From: Candidatus Omnitrophota bacterium
GTDB taxonomy: Bacteria; Omnitrophota; Gorgyraeia; Gygaellales; Profunditerraquicolaceae
NCBI GenBank assembly: GCA_050012075.1
Contig: JBEKHW010000001.1
Span: forward strand, 68,766-132,765
Direction of reading: 5' to 3'
Length of the DNA: 64,000 nucleotides
Numbering within the stretch: position 1 is the first letter of the stretch; every line of letters starts with the position of its first letter. The position numbers were made by a program, and so were the translations under genes. A model generated the notes under the pieces. That model saw nothing but the letters and a program-made list of their open reading frames with translations, was not told the DNA's origin and ran no database searches. Of this stretch, positions 38,705 to 47,710 are shown one piece after another.

Positions 38705-40999
38705 TTAACACTTGGAAAAACCGCAGGCATGGCATTTCACGCAACCTTCCTCATGGCGTAAAGCGCCGCCGCAATCAGGACAGACACCGACGATATTTAC
38801 CTGGTCATCAAGGTCAAGGCTAGGATGCTCATCTTCATGCGAGTGCTTCATTGCCACAGACTCAGCCTCAACCGCTACCTGCATTGCCCTGGAATTTACC
38901 AGCCTTCTTTCTACGACCCTGGCAATAGCGTCAGCGCAGGAGAAGATACGCTGCCCCTTTTCCCAGGAGGGAGAAGGACAGCGGATATTGCGTAATTGCT
39001 CGATAATCGATTTTACTTCTATTCCGGAACGAAAACCTAAAGAGACGAGGCGCCCGAGTGCCTCCAGCTGCGACGCAGCGCATCCGCCTGCCTTACCCAT
39101 CTGGGTAAAAAGCTCAAAAGGCTTACCATCCTCGTCAACATTTATAGTAACATAAAGATTGCCGCAACCGGTAGCTACCTTGGTAGTCGTGCCGATAATT
39201 ACTTCAGGCCTTGGCCGGGGGGCAATCTCCTTTTTAAACTCCGGCGCTTTCTGCCCCTGCTTATCCTGCTCAGGACTACCCACATTCAAAACCTGCTCCT
39301 CGCGGCTCTTGTCCCGGTAAATGGTAATTCCTTTACAGCCGAGGTTATATGCCAATAAATAGGAGCTTCTTACGTCTTCGATTGTAGCTTCATGCGGAAA
39401 ATTTATTGTCTTGGAAGTCGCGTTATGCACATATTTTTGGAAGGCCGCCTGCATGCGTACGTGCCATTCGGGGCTGATATCATGGGCGGTTACAAATGCC
39501 CTTTTTACCTCATCGGGTATGCCGTCCACATCCTGTATTGAACAGTTCTCTGCAACTTTCTGCATAAGCTCCCTGCTGTAAAAACCCTTTTCGCGCGCGA
39601 CTTCTTCAAAGAGGGGATCTACCTCCACAAGCTTATCATTATCCATTACTTTACGGTAATAACAGAGGGCAAACAGGGGTTCAATTCCCGAAGAGCAGGG
39701 CCCGGCAATAATACTGATAGTGCCGGTAGGCGCAATTGTAGTCAGAGTTGCATTACGCATTCTCATAGCGCCTTCTTTTTTATCATAGGCGCTCCCCTTA
39801 AAAGCGGGGAATACACCTTTACTGCTGCCTAACTCTAGCGACTTCCTGGTTGATTCATTAAGTATGAATGACATTATCTTCTCGGCCAAAGCTACAGCCT
39901 CTTCACTATTGTAGGGAATATTAAGGCGGATAAGGAGGCTGGCCCAACCCATAACGCCAAGGCCGACCTTTCGCGTCAGCTTTGTCGCCTTCTCTATCTG
40001 CGGCAGTGGAAATTTGTTTACATCGATGAGGTTATCCAAGAAATGCACGGCCAAGTGCGTTACCTCTTTTAATTTATCCCAGTCTATCTCGATACGGCCG
40101 CCTACCTTTTTGTACATGCGGTCAAGATTTATAGAACCCAGGTCGCAACTCTCATAAGGCAACAGAGGCTGTTCTCCGCAAGGGTTAGTCGACTCAATAC
40201 TGCCTAATTTAGGGGTAGGGTTATACTGGTTAATGCGGTCGATAAAAATAATACCCGGCTCTCCGTTCTTGTGCGCCTGTTTTACAATCAGCTCAAAGAC
40301 CTCTTTGGTATTAATACGTTTTACCGGCTTATGGGTATGAGGGTCAATAAGATCGTAATCCTGGCCCTTCTCCAACTTCTTCATGAAATCATCGGTAACA
40401 GCCACGGAAATATTAAAATTAGTAATCTGTTTGTTTTGGTCTTTACAAGTAGTAAACTCCAGAATATCCGGATGGTCTACGCGTAAAATACCCATGTTGG
40501 CGCCGCGGCGCGTACCGCCTTGTTTTACCGCCTCGGTCGCAGCGTCATATACGCGCATGAAAGATATCGGGCCTGAAGCAATACCTCCGGTTGAACGCAC
40601 CACCGCGTTCTTGGGCCGCAGGCGCGAGAAAGAAAAACCTGTACCGCCGCCGGATTTATGAATGAGGCTTGTAACTTTTAGCGTTTCAAAAATCGACTCC
40701 ATTGAATCGTCGATAGGCAACGTAAAACAGGCGGAAAGCTGCCCCAGGTCTTTTCCGGCGTTCATCAGGCAGGGAGAATTTGGAAGGAATTCCAGATTTG
40801 TCATGATGCGATAAAATGATTGCGTAAGTTCGGCTGTTTCCTTTTCGCTTTTTCCGTATAATTTCTCTGCGGCTGCAATGGCGCTAGCAACGCGCATAAA
40901 CATCTGCTCTGGAGTCTCTGTGGTCTTACCCTGTTCATCCCTGGTAAGATACCTCCTCTCCAATACCTTGAGCGCATTACTAGAAAGGTTCAATTTCAT
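38705..40999 (-). CDS. nrdJ: Adenosylcobalamin-dependent (class II) ribonucleotide reductase
   Basis: 764 aa. RNR 10-stranded barrel motifs and a C-terminal Zn ribbon (CPDCGG...CVKCHACGFSKC). Confidence 0.85.
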   Translation of the reverse strand: MKLNLSSNALKVLERRYLTRDEQGKTTETPEQMFMRVASAIAAAEKLYGKSEKETAELTQSFYRIMTNLEFLPNSPCLMNAGKDLGQLSACFTLPIDDSMESIFETLKVTSLIHKSGGGTGFSFSRLRPKNAVVRSTGGIASGPISFMRVYDAATEAVKQGGTRRGANMGILRVDHPDILEFTTCKDQNKQITNFNISVAVTDDFMKKLEKGQDYDLIDPHTHKPVKRINTKEVFELIVKQAHKNGEPGIIFIDRINQYNPTPKLGSIESTNPCGEQPLLPYESCDLGSINLDRMYKKVGGRIEIDWDKLKEVTHLAVHFLDNLIDVNKFPLPQIEKATKLTRKVGLGVMGWASLLIRLNIPYNSEEAVALAEKIMSFILNESTRKSLELGSSKGVFPAFKGSAYDKKEGAMRMRNATLTTIAPTGTISIIAGPCSSGIEPLFALCYYRKVMDNDKLVEVDPLFEEVAREKGFYSRELMQKVAENCSIQDVDGIPDEVKRAFVTAHDISPEWHVRMQAAFQKYVHNATSKTINFPHEATIEDVRSSYLLAYNLGCKGITIYRDKSREEQVLNVGSPEQDKQGQKAPEFKKEIAPRPRPEVIIGTTTKVATGCGNLYVTINVDEDGKPFELFTQMGKAGGCAASQLEALGRLVSLGFRSGIEVKSIIEQLRNIRCPSPSWEKGQRIFSCADAIARVVERRLVNSRAMQVAVEAESVAMKHSHEDEHPSLDLDDQVNIVGVCPDCGGALRHEEGCVKCHACGFSKC

Positions 41000-41048
41000 C
41001 TTACACCCCTGTTTTTAGATAATTTATGATTTCGGCTGGCAGTTATCA

Positions 41049-41076
41049 AGTATAACACGCTTACATTCCTTGTCAA
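41049..41076 (-). promoter_or_regulatory. Near-consensus sigma-70 promoter (TTGACA-N16-TATACT) upstream of nrdJ
   Basis: The minus strand reads ttgacaaggaatgtaagcgtgttatact, about 45 nt upstream of the nrdJ ATG. Confidence 0.5.
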
Positions 41077-41083
41077 CAAAAAA

Positions 41084-41128
41084 TACAACGTGTAGTATCT
41101 TTGTGCGGTTGATATACAATAAATTGTG
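41084..41128 (-). promoter_or_regulatory. Two NrdR-box-like imperfect palindromes about 32 bp apart, just upstream of the nrdJ promoter
   Basis: tacaacgtgtag (41084-41095) and tacaataaattgtg (41115-41128). Confidence 0.3.
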
Positions 41129-41139
41129 CAAGAGCTATT

Positions 41140-42171
41140 TTAGCGTCCTGGCCCGAATGGGCGGCAGGATTCACGGATTACCAGCTCCGTAGGCAGGAGT
41201 ATTTTCTTAACCTGCGTTTCTTTTTTCTCATTCATCAGCCGGTACAATTCCTTCACGCCATCCTCTGCCATTTTTATCAAGGGCTGCCTTACGGTAGATA
41301 GAGCTACCGGGCCGTAAAGGCCGGATGGATTATCGTCAAACCCCACGATAGACAGGTCCCTGGGGATATCTTTACCCATCTCTCTTGCCACGGCCATTAC
41401 CTCAAGGGCCATTGAATCCGAAGCCACAAATACCGCGCTGGGGGGTGTAGGCATCTTAAGCATCCGGTCTGCGGCAAGGCGTGCCTGCCCCCGCGAGTAA
41501 TCAGTATTAAAAATATATTTGGGGTCAAATTTTATATTATTCTTTTTTAAAGCGCGCTTGTAACCTTCCAGGCGAAGGCTGGCCGCCTGCGTGACCACAT
41601 CGCCGGTGATATGAGCGATTTTTTTATGTCCAAGCGTTATAAGATAGTTCACCGCGTCTTGGGCGCCTCCCGCATTATCAATGGCAATACAACTTACGTT
41701 AAGGTCTTCGGCATAATGATTGATTACCACGCAGGCGATCTTTTTCGAAAGCGCGTCTTCTAACTGCGCCCTGTTAGCGATGATATCGGCGAAAATCATA
41801 CCCCCGACTCCCCTTACATTAAGGGGGGAGCGGGCATCTGTCAGGCGCAGGAGTAAATCCAGTTTAAGTGCGGCGCAAAGTGTCCCTATACCGCGGATTA
41901 ATTCCAGCGCATAAAAAGAATAGAAGACGCCTTCGTAACGCGGTATGACCAGGGCCACTACATTGCTTTTTCCAGTTGCCAGGCGCTGGGCAAAAATAGA
42001 AGGTTCAAATTTCAACTGTTTTACGGCGTCAAGGACCTTAATCTTGTTTTTTTCTTTTACGGTACCGATTTTATTGATGACGCGGGAAACTGTAGTGATG
42101 GATACGCCGGCGAGCTTAGCAACATCTTCTATGGAGATAGGCCTTGAGGCAGTTCTTCTGATACGGGTCAT
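41140..42171 (-). CDS. LacI family transcriptional regulator
   Basis: 343 aa. N-terminal HTH (ISIEDVAKLAGVSITTVSRVIN) and a periplasmic-binding-protein-like core. Confidence 0.85.
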   Translation of the reverse strand: MTRIRRTASRPISIEDVAKLAGVSITTVSRVINKIGTVKEKNKIKVLDAVKQLKFEPSIFAQRLATGKSNVVALVIPRYEGVFYSFYALELIRGIGTLCAALKLDLLLRLTDARSPLNVRGVGGMIFADIIANRAQLEDALSKKIACVVINHYAEDLNVSCIAIDNAGGAQDAVNYLITLGHKKIAHITGDVVTQAASLRLEGYKRALKKNNIKFDPKYIFNTDYSRGQARLAADRMLKMPTPPSAVFVASDSMALEVMAVAREMGKDIPRDLSIVGFDDNPSGLYGPVALSTVRQPLIKMAEDGVKELYRLMNEKKETQVKKILLPTELVIRESCRPFGPGR

Positions 42172-42201
42172 ATACGAAAAAAAATGAGGACTCTTTAGAA
42201 T

Positions 42202-43374
42202 CTATTTTATAATATCGCCTATTTGTAGTGGAATCGCTTCCTGTTTTATATCGCAGGCAGAAATATCGTTACGCGTCTGTGTCACTTCAAGGAGCGCTAT
42301 GATTTTACCCTGCCGGTATGCCTGTAAGGTATCGCCGGCCTTGAGGCCTGCCCTGTCGCCTAAATCCACGATTACAAAATTATTTTCCCTGTTTACCGCC
42401 ACTATCTTACCTTCGAATGCGCTTGAAGAAGTAACTGCTGCCGGTTCCGGCACGGTAGAGGCGGGCCGCACGACGATAGGCGGAAGCTCAACCGATTCTT
42501 TACCTTTGTCTTCTTGCGTGGCGGCCTTACTTTGACGTATAGCATCAATCTGCCCCTTTAGGACAGAAGAACTACCCGTGTTCTCAATAAGCATAGTTTC
42601 CATTTCATTTATCCTTCGTTCGAGGCCGTCATTATGCGACTGAAGATTTTCTATCTTTCTGTCCAGGGTGACTTTTCGTCCATTCAGGCTGTTCAATTGA
42701 CGCATCAAAGTTATGTTCTCCTGTTTCAGCGTCTTGTAATTATCCTGAATCTTTGTCCGGTCGTTCCTCTCGCGCACGAGCTCCGTGGCGACGCTATCCA
42801 TCATCTTACGGTTATACTCCAGCTGCCTCGTCAGGTCACTACGTTCCCGCTTGTAATTCTTTACTTCTAATTCAAGGTTGGCCTTTTCTTTCTGCAGCTG
42901 TTCATTAGCCAGTTGCAATGTATTAAAGTTCTTACGCATATCTTCCAGTTGTAACCCCAGCGCCGTTTTATCTTTTATAATACCTGCCCAGTATTCATCG
43001 GCGGTAGGCGGGGGCGCTACTTCTTGCGGCTGTGGTTGTATTGCGACCGGCGCAGGATTAGACACCGTCCGCTTTAATCTATTGGTCAGTTCATTACGTT
43101 CACTTATGGCCTGAGTTAAATTTTTCTCGAGTTCGCTTTTCTGCTGAGCAGCTGTTTCCAGGTCTCTCTTTGCAGTGGCAAGCTTATTGTCGTAATCGCG
43201 GATACTGGACTCAAGCTTATCGAGTTTACCGGTTAAGGTAACATTTTCCTTCTTCAGGTCATTCCTCTCTCTCGTGATCGCCTGCTTTGAGAGAAAAATC
43301 TGCACAAAAAGAAACAGGAAAACCAGGGCTATGCCGCAAACTCCGATTACCAGGAATTTAATCTTCTGGTCCAT
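42202..43374 (-). CDS. Membrane-anchored long coiled-coil protein with a C-terminal beta-rich domain; function unknown
   Basis: 390 aa. N-terminal TM helix, then about 250 aa of heptad-rich E/K/L/Q sequence. Confidence 0.4.
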   Translation of the reverse strand: MDQKIKFLVIGVCGIALVFLFLFVQIFLSKQAITRERNDLKKENVTLTGKLDKLESSIRDYDNKLATAKRDLETAAQQKSELEKNLTQAISERNELTNRLKRTVSNPAPVAIQPQPQEVAPPPTADEYWAGIIKDKTALGLQLEDMRKNFNTLQLANEQLQKEKANLELEVKNYKRERSDLTRQLEYNRKMMDSVATELVRERNDRTKIQDNYKTLKQENITLMRQLNSLNGRKVTLDRKIENLQSHNDGLERRINEMETMLIENTGSSSVLKGQIDAIRQSKAATQEDKGKESVELPPIVVRPASTVPEPAAVTSSSAFEGKIVAVNRENNFVIVDLGDRAGLKAGDTLQAYRQGKIIALLEVTQTRNDISACDIKQEAIPLQIGDIIK

Positions 43375-43385
43375 TCAGCCCTCCT

Positions 43386-44621
43386 CTACCATAATTGGGC
43401 GAACATCCGCTGCTCTACGAGGCTTGCCGCGCCTAATGCCACGGCATTCTCCCGTAATTGCGAATAAACAATTTTAAGGCTATCTGTGGTCTCCCGGAAA
43501 GCCCAATCCCGGATAGTAAGACCTACCTTGCTTAAGAAATCTTCTCCCGCCTCTTCGAAACCGCCTCCGATAACCACTACTTCCGGATTCAGGAGATTTA
43601 CGAGGAACGCGATTTTTATCCCCAGTCTTTTAGCGGCGTTATCCAGGGCTGCCTGGGCAATGGGGTCTTTTGCGCGTGCGCCGATAAAAATACTTTTTAA
43701 ATCTATGTTATCGATATTGCTGGAGGTAAGCTTAAACAGGGCTTCGGCTTTCTGCCTATCCTTAAGGCACATTGCCTTGGTATCTTCTACTATGCCTAGA
43801 TCCATCTCCCAGCGTTTGATAAAACAGGGATTTCCCGGAGGACAATTGAATAAATCCTGTTCCTTAAAATTGTAAATAGATACCTCTCCCGCATAACCCT
43901 GCGCCCCGCGGTAGACCTCACCGTTAATAATAATACCGCAGCCGACTCCCGAGAACATATAGAGCGCATCCTTTACGCCGCAACTTAAACCCAGCCAATG
44001 CTCGCCGAAAGAAGCGGCGGTAGCGTCGTTTTCAATCAGCGCCGGCAGGTTAAATTCTTTTTCTATCAGGTCCTTAAGGGGCAGGTCTACAGAGGCGTAA
44101 GTATAATAATGGTCCATCTTCTGGGGCCAATGGATTGAGCCGTTCTCTTTATTTACGAGCCCGGCGATACCGACTCCCACGCCTTTTATATTTGCGGAAT
44201 ATTCTTTGGAACGGCGCAATATTTCGCGCACAATTTCAAGAAGGCACTCCGAGATTTCTTTCACGGAAGCCTTGGGCCTGACCACCTGGGTCTTGGTGAC
44301 GATATTGCCTTTTAAATCCACGAGGAGCCCGACCATATTCATAAGGTTAAGACCCACGCCTATGGCATAACCGGCCTGGGCATTCAAATCCAGCAGCACC
44401 GGCCTCCTGCCGCCCTCGGAAACATCGAGTTCTTTTTCCAAGACAATGTTCCTCCTGATGAACTCGTCAATATAATTAGAGATGGTCACCACGTTTATGC
44501 CCATCTCCTTGGAAATATCGGGCCGGCTTACCGGGCCATGCCTGCGTAATATCTCCAATATATCTATATTACGCTTCTCTTTCTCCGTAAGCTCCTCTTT
44601 TTGAAAGTCTAATTGATGCAT
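43386..44621 (-). CDS. ROK family transcriptional regulator
   Basis: 411 aa. N-terminal winged HTH plus a ROK sugar-kinase-like domain (GVGVGIAGLVN; Cys/His Zn motif). Confidence 0.8.
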   Translation of the reverse strand: MHQLDFQKEELTEKEKRNIDILEILRRHGPVSRPDISKEMGINVVTISNYIDEFIRRNIVLEKELDVSEGGRRPVLLDLNAQAGYAIGVGLNLMNMVGLLVDLKGNIVTKTQVVRPKASVKEISECLLEIVREILRRSKEYSANIKGVGVGIAGLVNKENGSIHWPQKMDHYYTYASVDLPLKDLIEKEFNLPALIENDATAASFGEHWLGLSCGVKDALYMFSGVGCGIIINGEVYRGAQGYAGEVSIYNFKEQDLFNCPPGNPCFIKRWEMDLGIVEDTKAMCLKDRQKAEALFKLTSSNIDNIDLKSIFIGARAKDPIAQAALDNAAKRLGIKIAFLVNLLNPEVVVIGGGFEEAGEDFLSKVGLTIRDWAFRETTDSLKIVYSQLRENAVALGAASLVEQRMFAQLW

Positions 44622-44740
44622 TTAGATTTTGCCCTGCGCTTTTTTATGCCTTATTATAAATAATGGGTATAAAAATTTATTTATTTATACTTATACTACT
44701 AAAGAAAATAGTATAAGTCAAGTATTTTTAACGGGTAATG

Positions 44741-46342
44741 TTATTTTACTTCTACGAAGTCAATGTTGCGGTCAAAGAAACCAGAAGGCAGGACTATGAT
44801 AAGATTCAAGACTTTTGTGCCTGCTGATGGGTAGGTTGTGGCAAAACCCGATTGCGAATCCTGGGGCAAAACAGCGCCAGTATTCCCTGACCAGAGATAT
44901 TGCACCTCTGGCTGCATGCATCCGGAGGCCGGCATGTTCACAGAGCAGGTAATCTGAATTTCATTATTTTTATTTATGAAGTAGCGCGAGGCAGTAAGGG
45001 TTGATTTTGCCATATCCAGAAAAGAATTTCCTTCTTTAAGGGAAAGATCCAGGAAGTTTTTGAGGTTATATTCAATAGGCTTCTTGTTCTCTATTTCAGC
45101 AAGGCGCGCCTTGGCCATTGCGGTAATATCCTGGTAATCCGTCCCTGCCAGGGCAATAAGTTTATTGTAATAATTCTTGGCGGACTCTGTATCATCCTGC
45201 CATTGCGCTAAAAGCCCCAGTTGATATAAGCTTGATATTACATAGGGGCCAATTTCTTTCTTATCCGCTAATTTATTAAAATATGACCTGCCCGAAGATA
45301 CGTCCCTTAGGACATAGACGGAAATAACGCCGGCTTTAAAATTTGCTTCATTTATAAAAGCGCTCTCGGGATAGTGTTTCAATAATTCCACATACGCGTC
45401 TTTTGCCTTTATGAGTTCTTTTGCCTTTTCCAGGTTAATGGCGCGCGCATATTGAATATCTTCCTTAGATACTCCCGCGCTACACAAATCCTGTGCCTTC
45501 TCAAACACCTTCTCCGCATAAAGAGGGTCTTTTAACCCGCTATCCTTATATGTAAAAAGAGCGGCTATCTCCGTTATCTCCGCAGCAAAAAAACAGGCCT
45601 TTTCTTTCGGCAGGGTTTTGGAGACCTTCTCTATATATAAATCATAAAAATTCTCGGCTAATTCCGGATTTCCTTCATCATAAAAATTCTTTGCGGTGCC
45701 TTTAAGTTGTCCATCGCTAGAAACAGAAGTAATTACCTTATCCGCATAAAGCCGGTACAATTGTTTTGCATCTACCTTCTCACCTGAGGCAAGCAATTTA
45801 TCCGCTACTTCCTTAATTACTTCGGCGTCCTTACCTGTATATCCGGAAACCGCGCTCATAAGCCCGCTAAGCGCCTCTTGCGCAAAAGGATCCTGCTGGT
45901 CGCGATGGAACTGCCACAGTATAAGGCGGCAACGCAATAAAATAGGGCTACCCGGTTCTGCCTTATCAATTACCTTTTGCGCACTGGCAGTGATATCATC
46001 CCGGTAATTATTGCCTTCAGAGAAATATTCATCCCACAATTGCTTCTCTTCCAGGTATTTTAACTGGGTATAACGCGACAACAATATATAATAATTGGCT
46101 GGGACGAAAATACAGCTCTCCTTGGCAGGAAGGGACTTTAAGAAATTCACAAAGTCAGTATACCTATTATCCTTGAAATAAATGCCTTTTAATTCCTCAA
46201 GCGGCCCTGCGATATCGCTTTTACAATCCGCCTTGAGGATCTGTTTTTGCAGGGAAACTAATTCAGGGCTATCGGCGGCTAACCCTTTGGCCGGCAGGAG
46301 ATATGCCAGCATAAAGCTGACTAAAATAATCAAAAACCTCAT
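44741..46342 (-). CDS. Secreted helical-repeat (TPR-like) protein; function unknown
   Basis: 533 aa. Signal peptide followed by an alpha-helical repeat region. Confidence 0.4.
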   Translation of the reverse strand: MRFLIILVSFMLAYLLPAKGLAADSPELVSLQKQILKADCKSDIAGPLEELKGIYFKDNRYTDFVNFLKSLPAKESCIFVPANYYILLSRYTQLKYLEEKQLWDEYFSEGNNYRDDITASAQKVIDKAEPGSPILLRCRLILWQFHRDQQDPFAQEALSGLMSAVSGYTGKDAEVIKEVADKLLASGEKVDAKQLYRLYADKVITSVSSDGQLKGTAKNFYDEGNPELAENFYDLYIEKVSKTLPKEKACFFAAEITEIAALFTYKDSGLKDPLYAEKVFEKAQDLCSAGVSKEDIQYARAINLEKAKELIKAKDAYVELLKHYPESAFINEANFKAGVISVYVLRDVSSGRSYFNKLADKKEIGPYVISSLYQLGLLAQWQDDTESAKNYYNKLIALAGTDYQDITAMAKARLAEIENKKPIEYNLKNFLDLSLKEGNSFLDMAKSTLTASRYFINKNNEIQITCSVNMPASGCMQPEVQYLWSGNTGAVLPQDSQSGFATTYPSAGTKVLNLIIVLPSGFFDRNIDFVEVK

Positions 46343-47622
46343 TTTGCTTTCTTTCCTTTCAGTTTTTCATTCGGGTGCTGCCAGAATTCCCTGATGACGT
46401 AATAGGCCTTACGCGGAATACGCTTATTTATGCCGTTATCCATATCTTCGGAAAGCGCTACTATCCCGAACCACTCTTCATTCATATTTTTATTGCCCGG
46501 GGCCTGGATATCAAAATAGTAACTGCCGTTTGACCAGTTTGATTCCGTATCGTGCACCTTCCAGCTCTCCGGATTATTCTGGTCATGTTTCCACCATTCA
46601 TCCGTCCATTCAAACATTGTCCCGCCGATACAGTTGCCTGCGCCTTTGGGGTTACCCGCTAAATTCTCGTAAATCTGGCGCCACTGCGACTGTAGGAAAA
46701 ATGCCTGTATATTCTGGTCTTCTTTTTTGAGGTAGGCGTCGTAGTCATCAGCGCCGAATTCCGAGATTAAAATCGGTTTATCAAAGGTAGCGCGTAACGA
46801 CCTGAAAAGATTGCCGAAGGTCTTACCTCTATAGATGATGCAGGCGACTAAATCCACATCCTGGCAAAACTGGTTTGCGTATTCCAGGCTTATCAGTTCG
46901 CCATTTCCCATCGCCACCGGATGCAGGGAATCCAGCTTATGGATCTCTTGAGTTAACTCATTGATGTAGGAATAATAAATTTTTGAGCGCATTGCCTTTT
47001 GTTTCTGGGGGTCTGTTTCCTTATCTATCTCATCGTTTGACCAGGTATTTACCATACCGGTACAGGAATAATTATTCTCGTTGCCCAGTATCCACATAAG
47101 TATGCCGGGTTCATCTTTATAAATTCTAACCATCTCCAAAACCTGTTTTTTTATTTTTTCCTGAAAAGCGCTATCGCCGTAAAAAGGGCAGGGATATTCC
47201 CAGAAACCAAGCCAATCCCCAAGAATCGTGCGGATGCCATAAAGATTATAGAGATCCCTGATGACCTGCCTTACGCTATCAGGATTGTCTCCTACCTGAT
47301 AAATACGGATGGTATTTATTCCCATATCCTTCATAAGCTTGCCGTCAATTAACCAGGGCTTTGCCGGATCAGACCACCAGTCATAATCATGGTTTTTGCC
47401 TATGGGGATGGGATTATAACAGGCGCCTTTTACTATGTAGGCTTTATTATTGACAATTAACTGGTAATTATCAATGCCGGTTTTCTTGATATAAACTTTG
47501 CTGGGCCTGGGTGCGGGAACTGGTTTTAGCGCGGCACCCGGTTTAGGTGCTGCGCAAGAAACACAGGAGAGAAGAAGAAATAAGCCACAGGCTGCAAGCA
47601 AAAATCTCTTGCGACCTGTCAA
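46339..47622 (-). CDS. Lipoprotein glycoside hydrolase, clan GH-A TIM barrel (family uncertain, GH2/GH5-like)
   Basis: Catalytic WILGNENNY motif. Paralog of 49010..51355. The ORF-track N-terminus (to 47730) runs through a REP element; a TTG start at 47622 gives the lipoprotein signal ...LLLSCVSC. Confidence 0.55.
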   Translation of the reverse strand: MTGRKRFLLAACGLFLLLSCVSCAAPKPGAALKPVPAPRPSKVYIKKTGIDNYQLIVNNKAYIVKGACYNPIPIGKNHDYDWWSDPAKPWLIDGKLMKDMGINTIRIYQVGDNPDSVRQVIRDLYNLYGIRTILGDWLGFWEYPCPFYGDSAFQEKIKKQVLEMVRIYKDEPGILMWILGNENNYSCTGMVNTWSNDEIDKETDPQKQKAMRSKIYYSYINELTQEIHKLDSLHPVAMGNGELISLEYANQFCQDVDLVACIIYRGKTFGNLFRSLRATFDKPILISEFGADDYDAYLKKEDQNIQAFFLQSQWRQIYENLAGNPKGAGNCIGGTMFEWTDEWWKHDQNNPESWKVHDTESNWSNGSYYFDIQAPGNKNMNEEWFGIVALSEDMDNGINKRIPRKAYYVIREFWQHPNEKLKGKKAK

Positions 47623-47625
47623 TTT

Positions 47626-47701
47626 AGGGACGGTTCTCAATTCAATCGAAGAAGTGTCCCGGAACAGGGACGGTTCTCGCTTTGGTTTGAGAACCGTCCC
47701 T
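47626..47701. repeat. REP doublet at the 5' end of the glycosidase gene
   Basis: agggacggttctcaattcaatcgaagaagtgtcccggaacagggacggttctcgctttggtttgagaaccgtccct. Near-identical to 52211-52286. Confidence 0.7.
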
Positions 47702-47710
47702 GTTTTTGAA

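Noticed and set aside
41000-41139. Cobalamin riboswitch upstream of nrdJ
   Set aside because: No B12-box-like core (GCCACTG) or long conserved structured leader is present. The leader from the predicted promoter is only about 45 nt.
47626-47701. Possible CRISPR repeats (identical 35-nt units separated by a short spacer)
   Set aside because: Only two units per locus. The units are partially palindromic, as in REP doublets. The same sequence flanks a RAYT gene, and there are no cas genes. These are REPs, not a CRISPR array.
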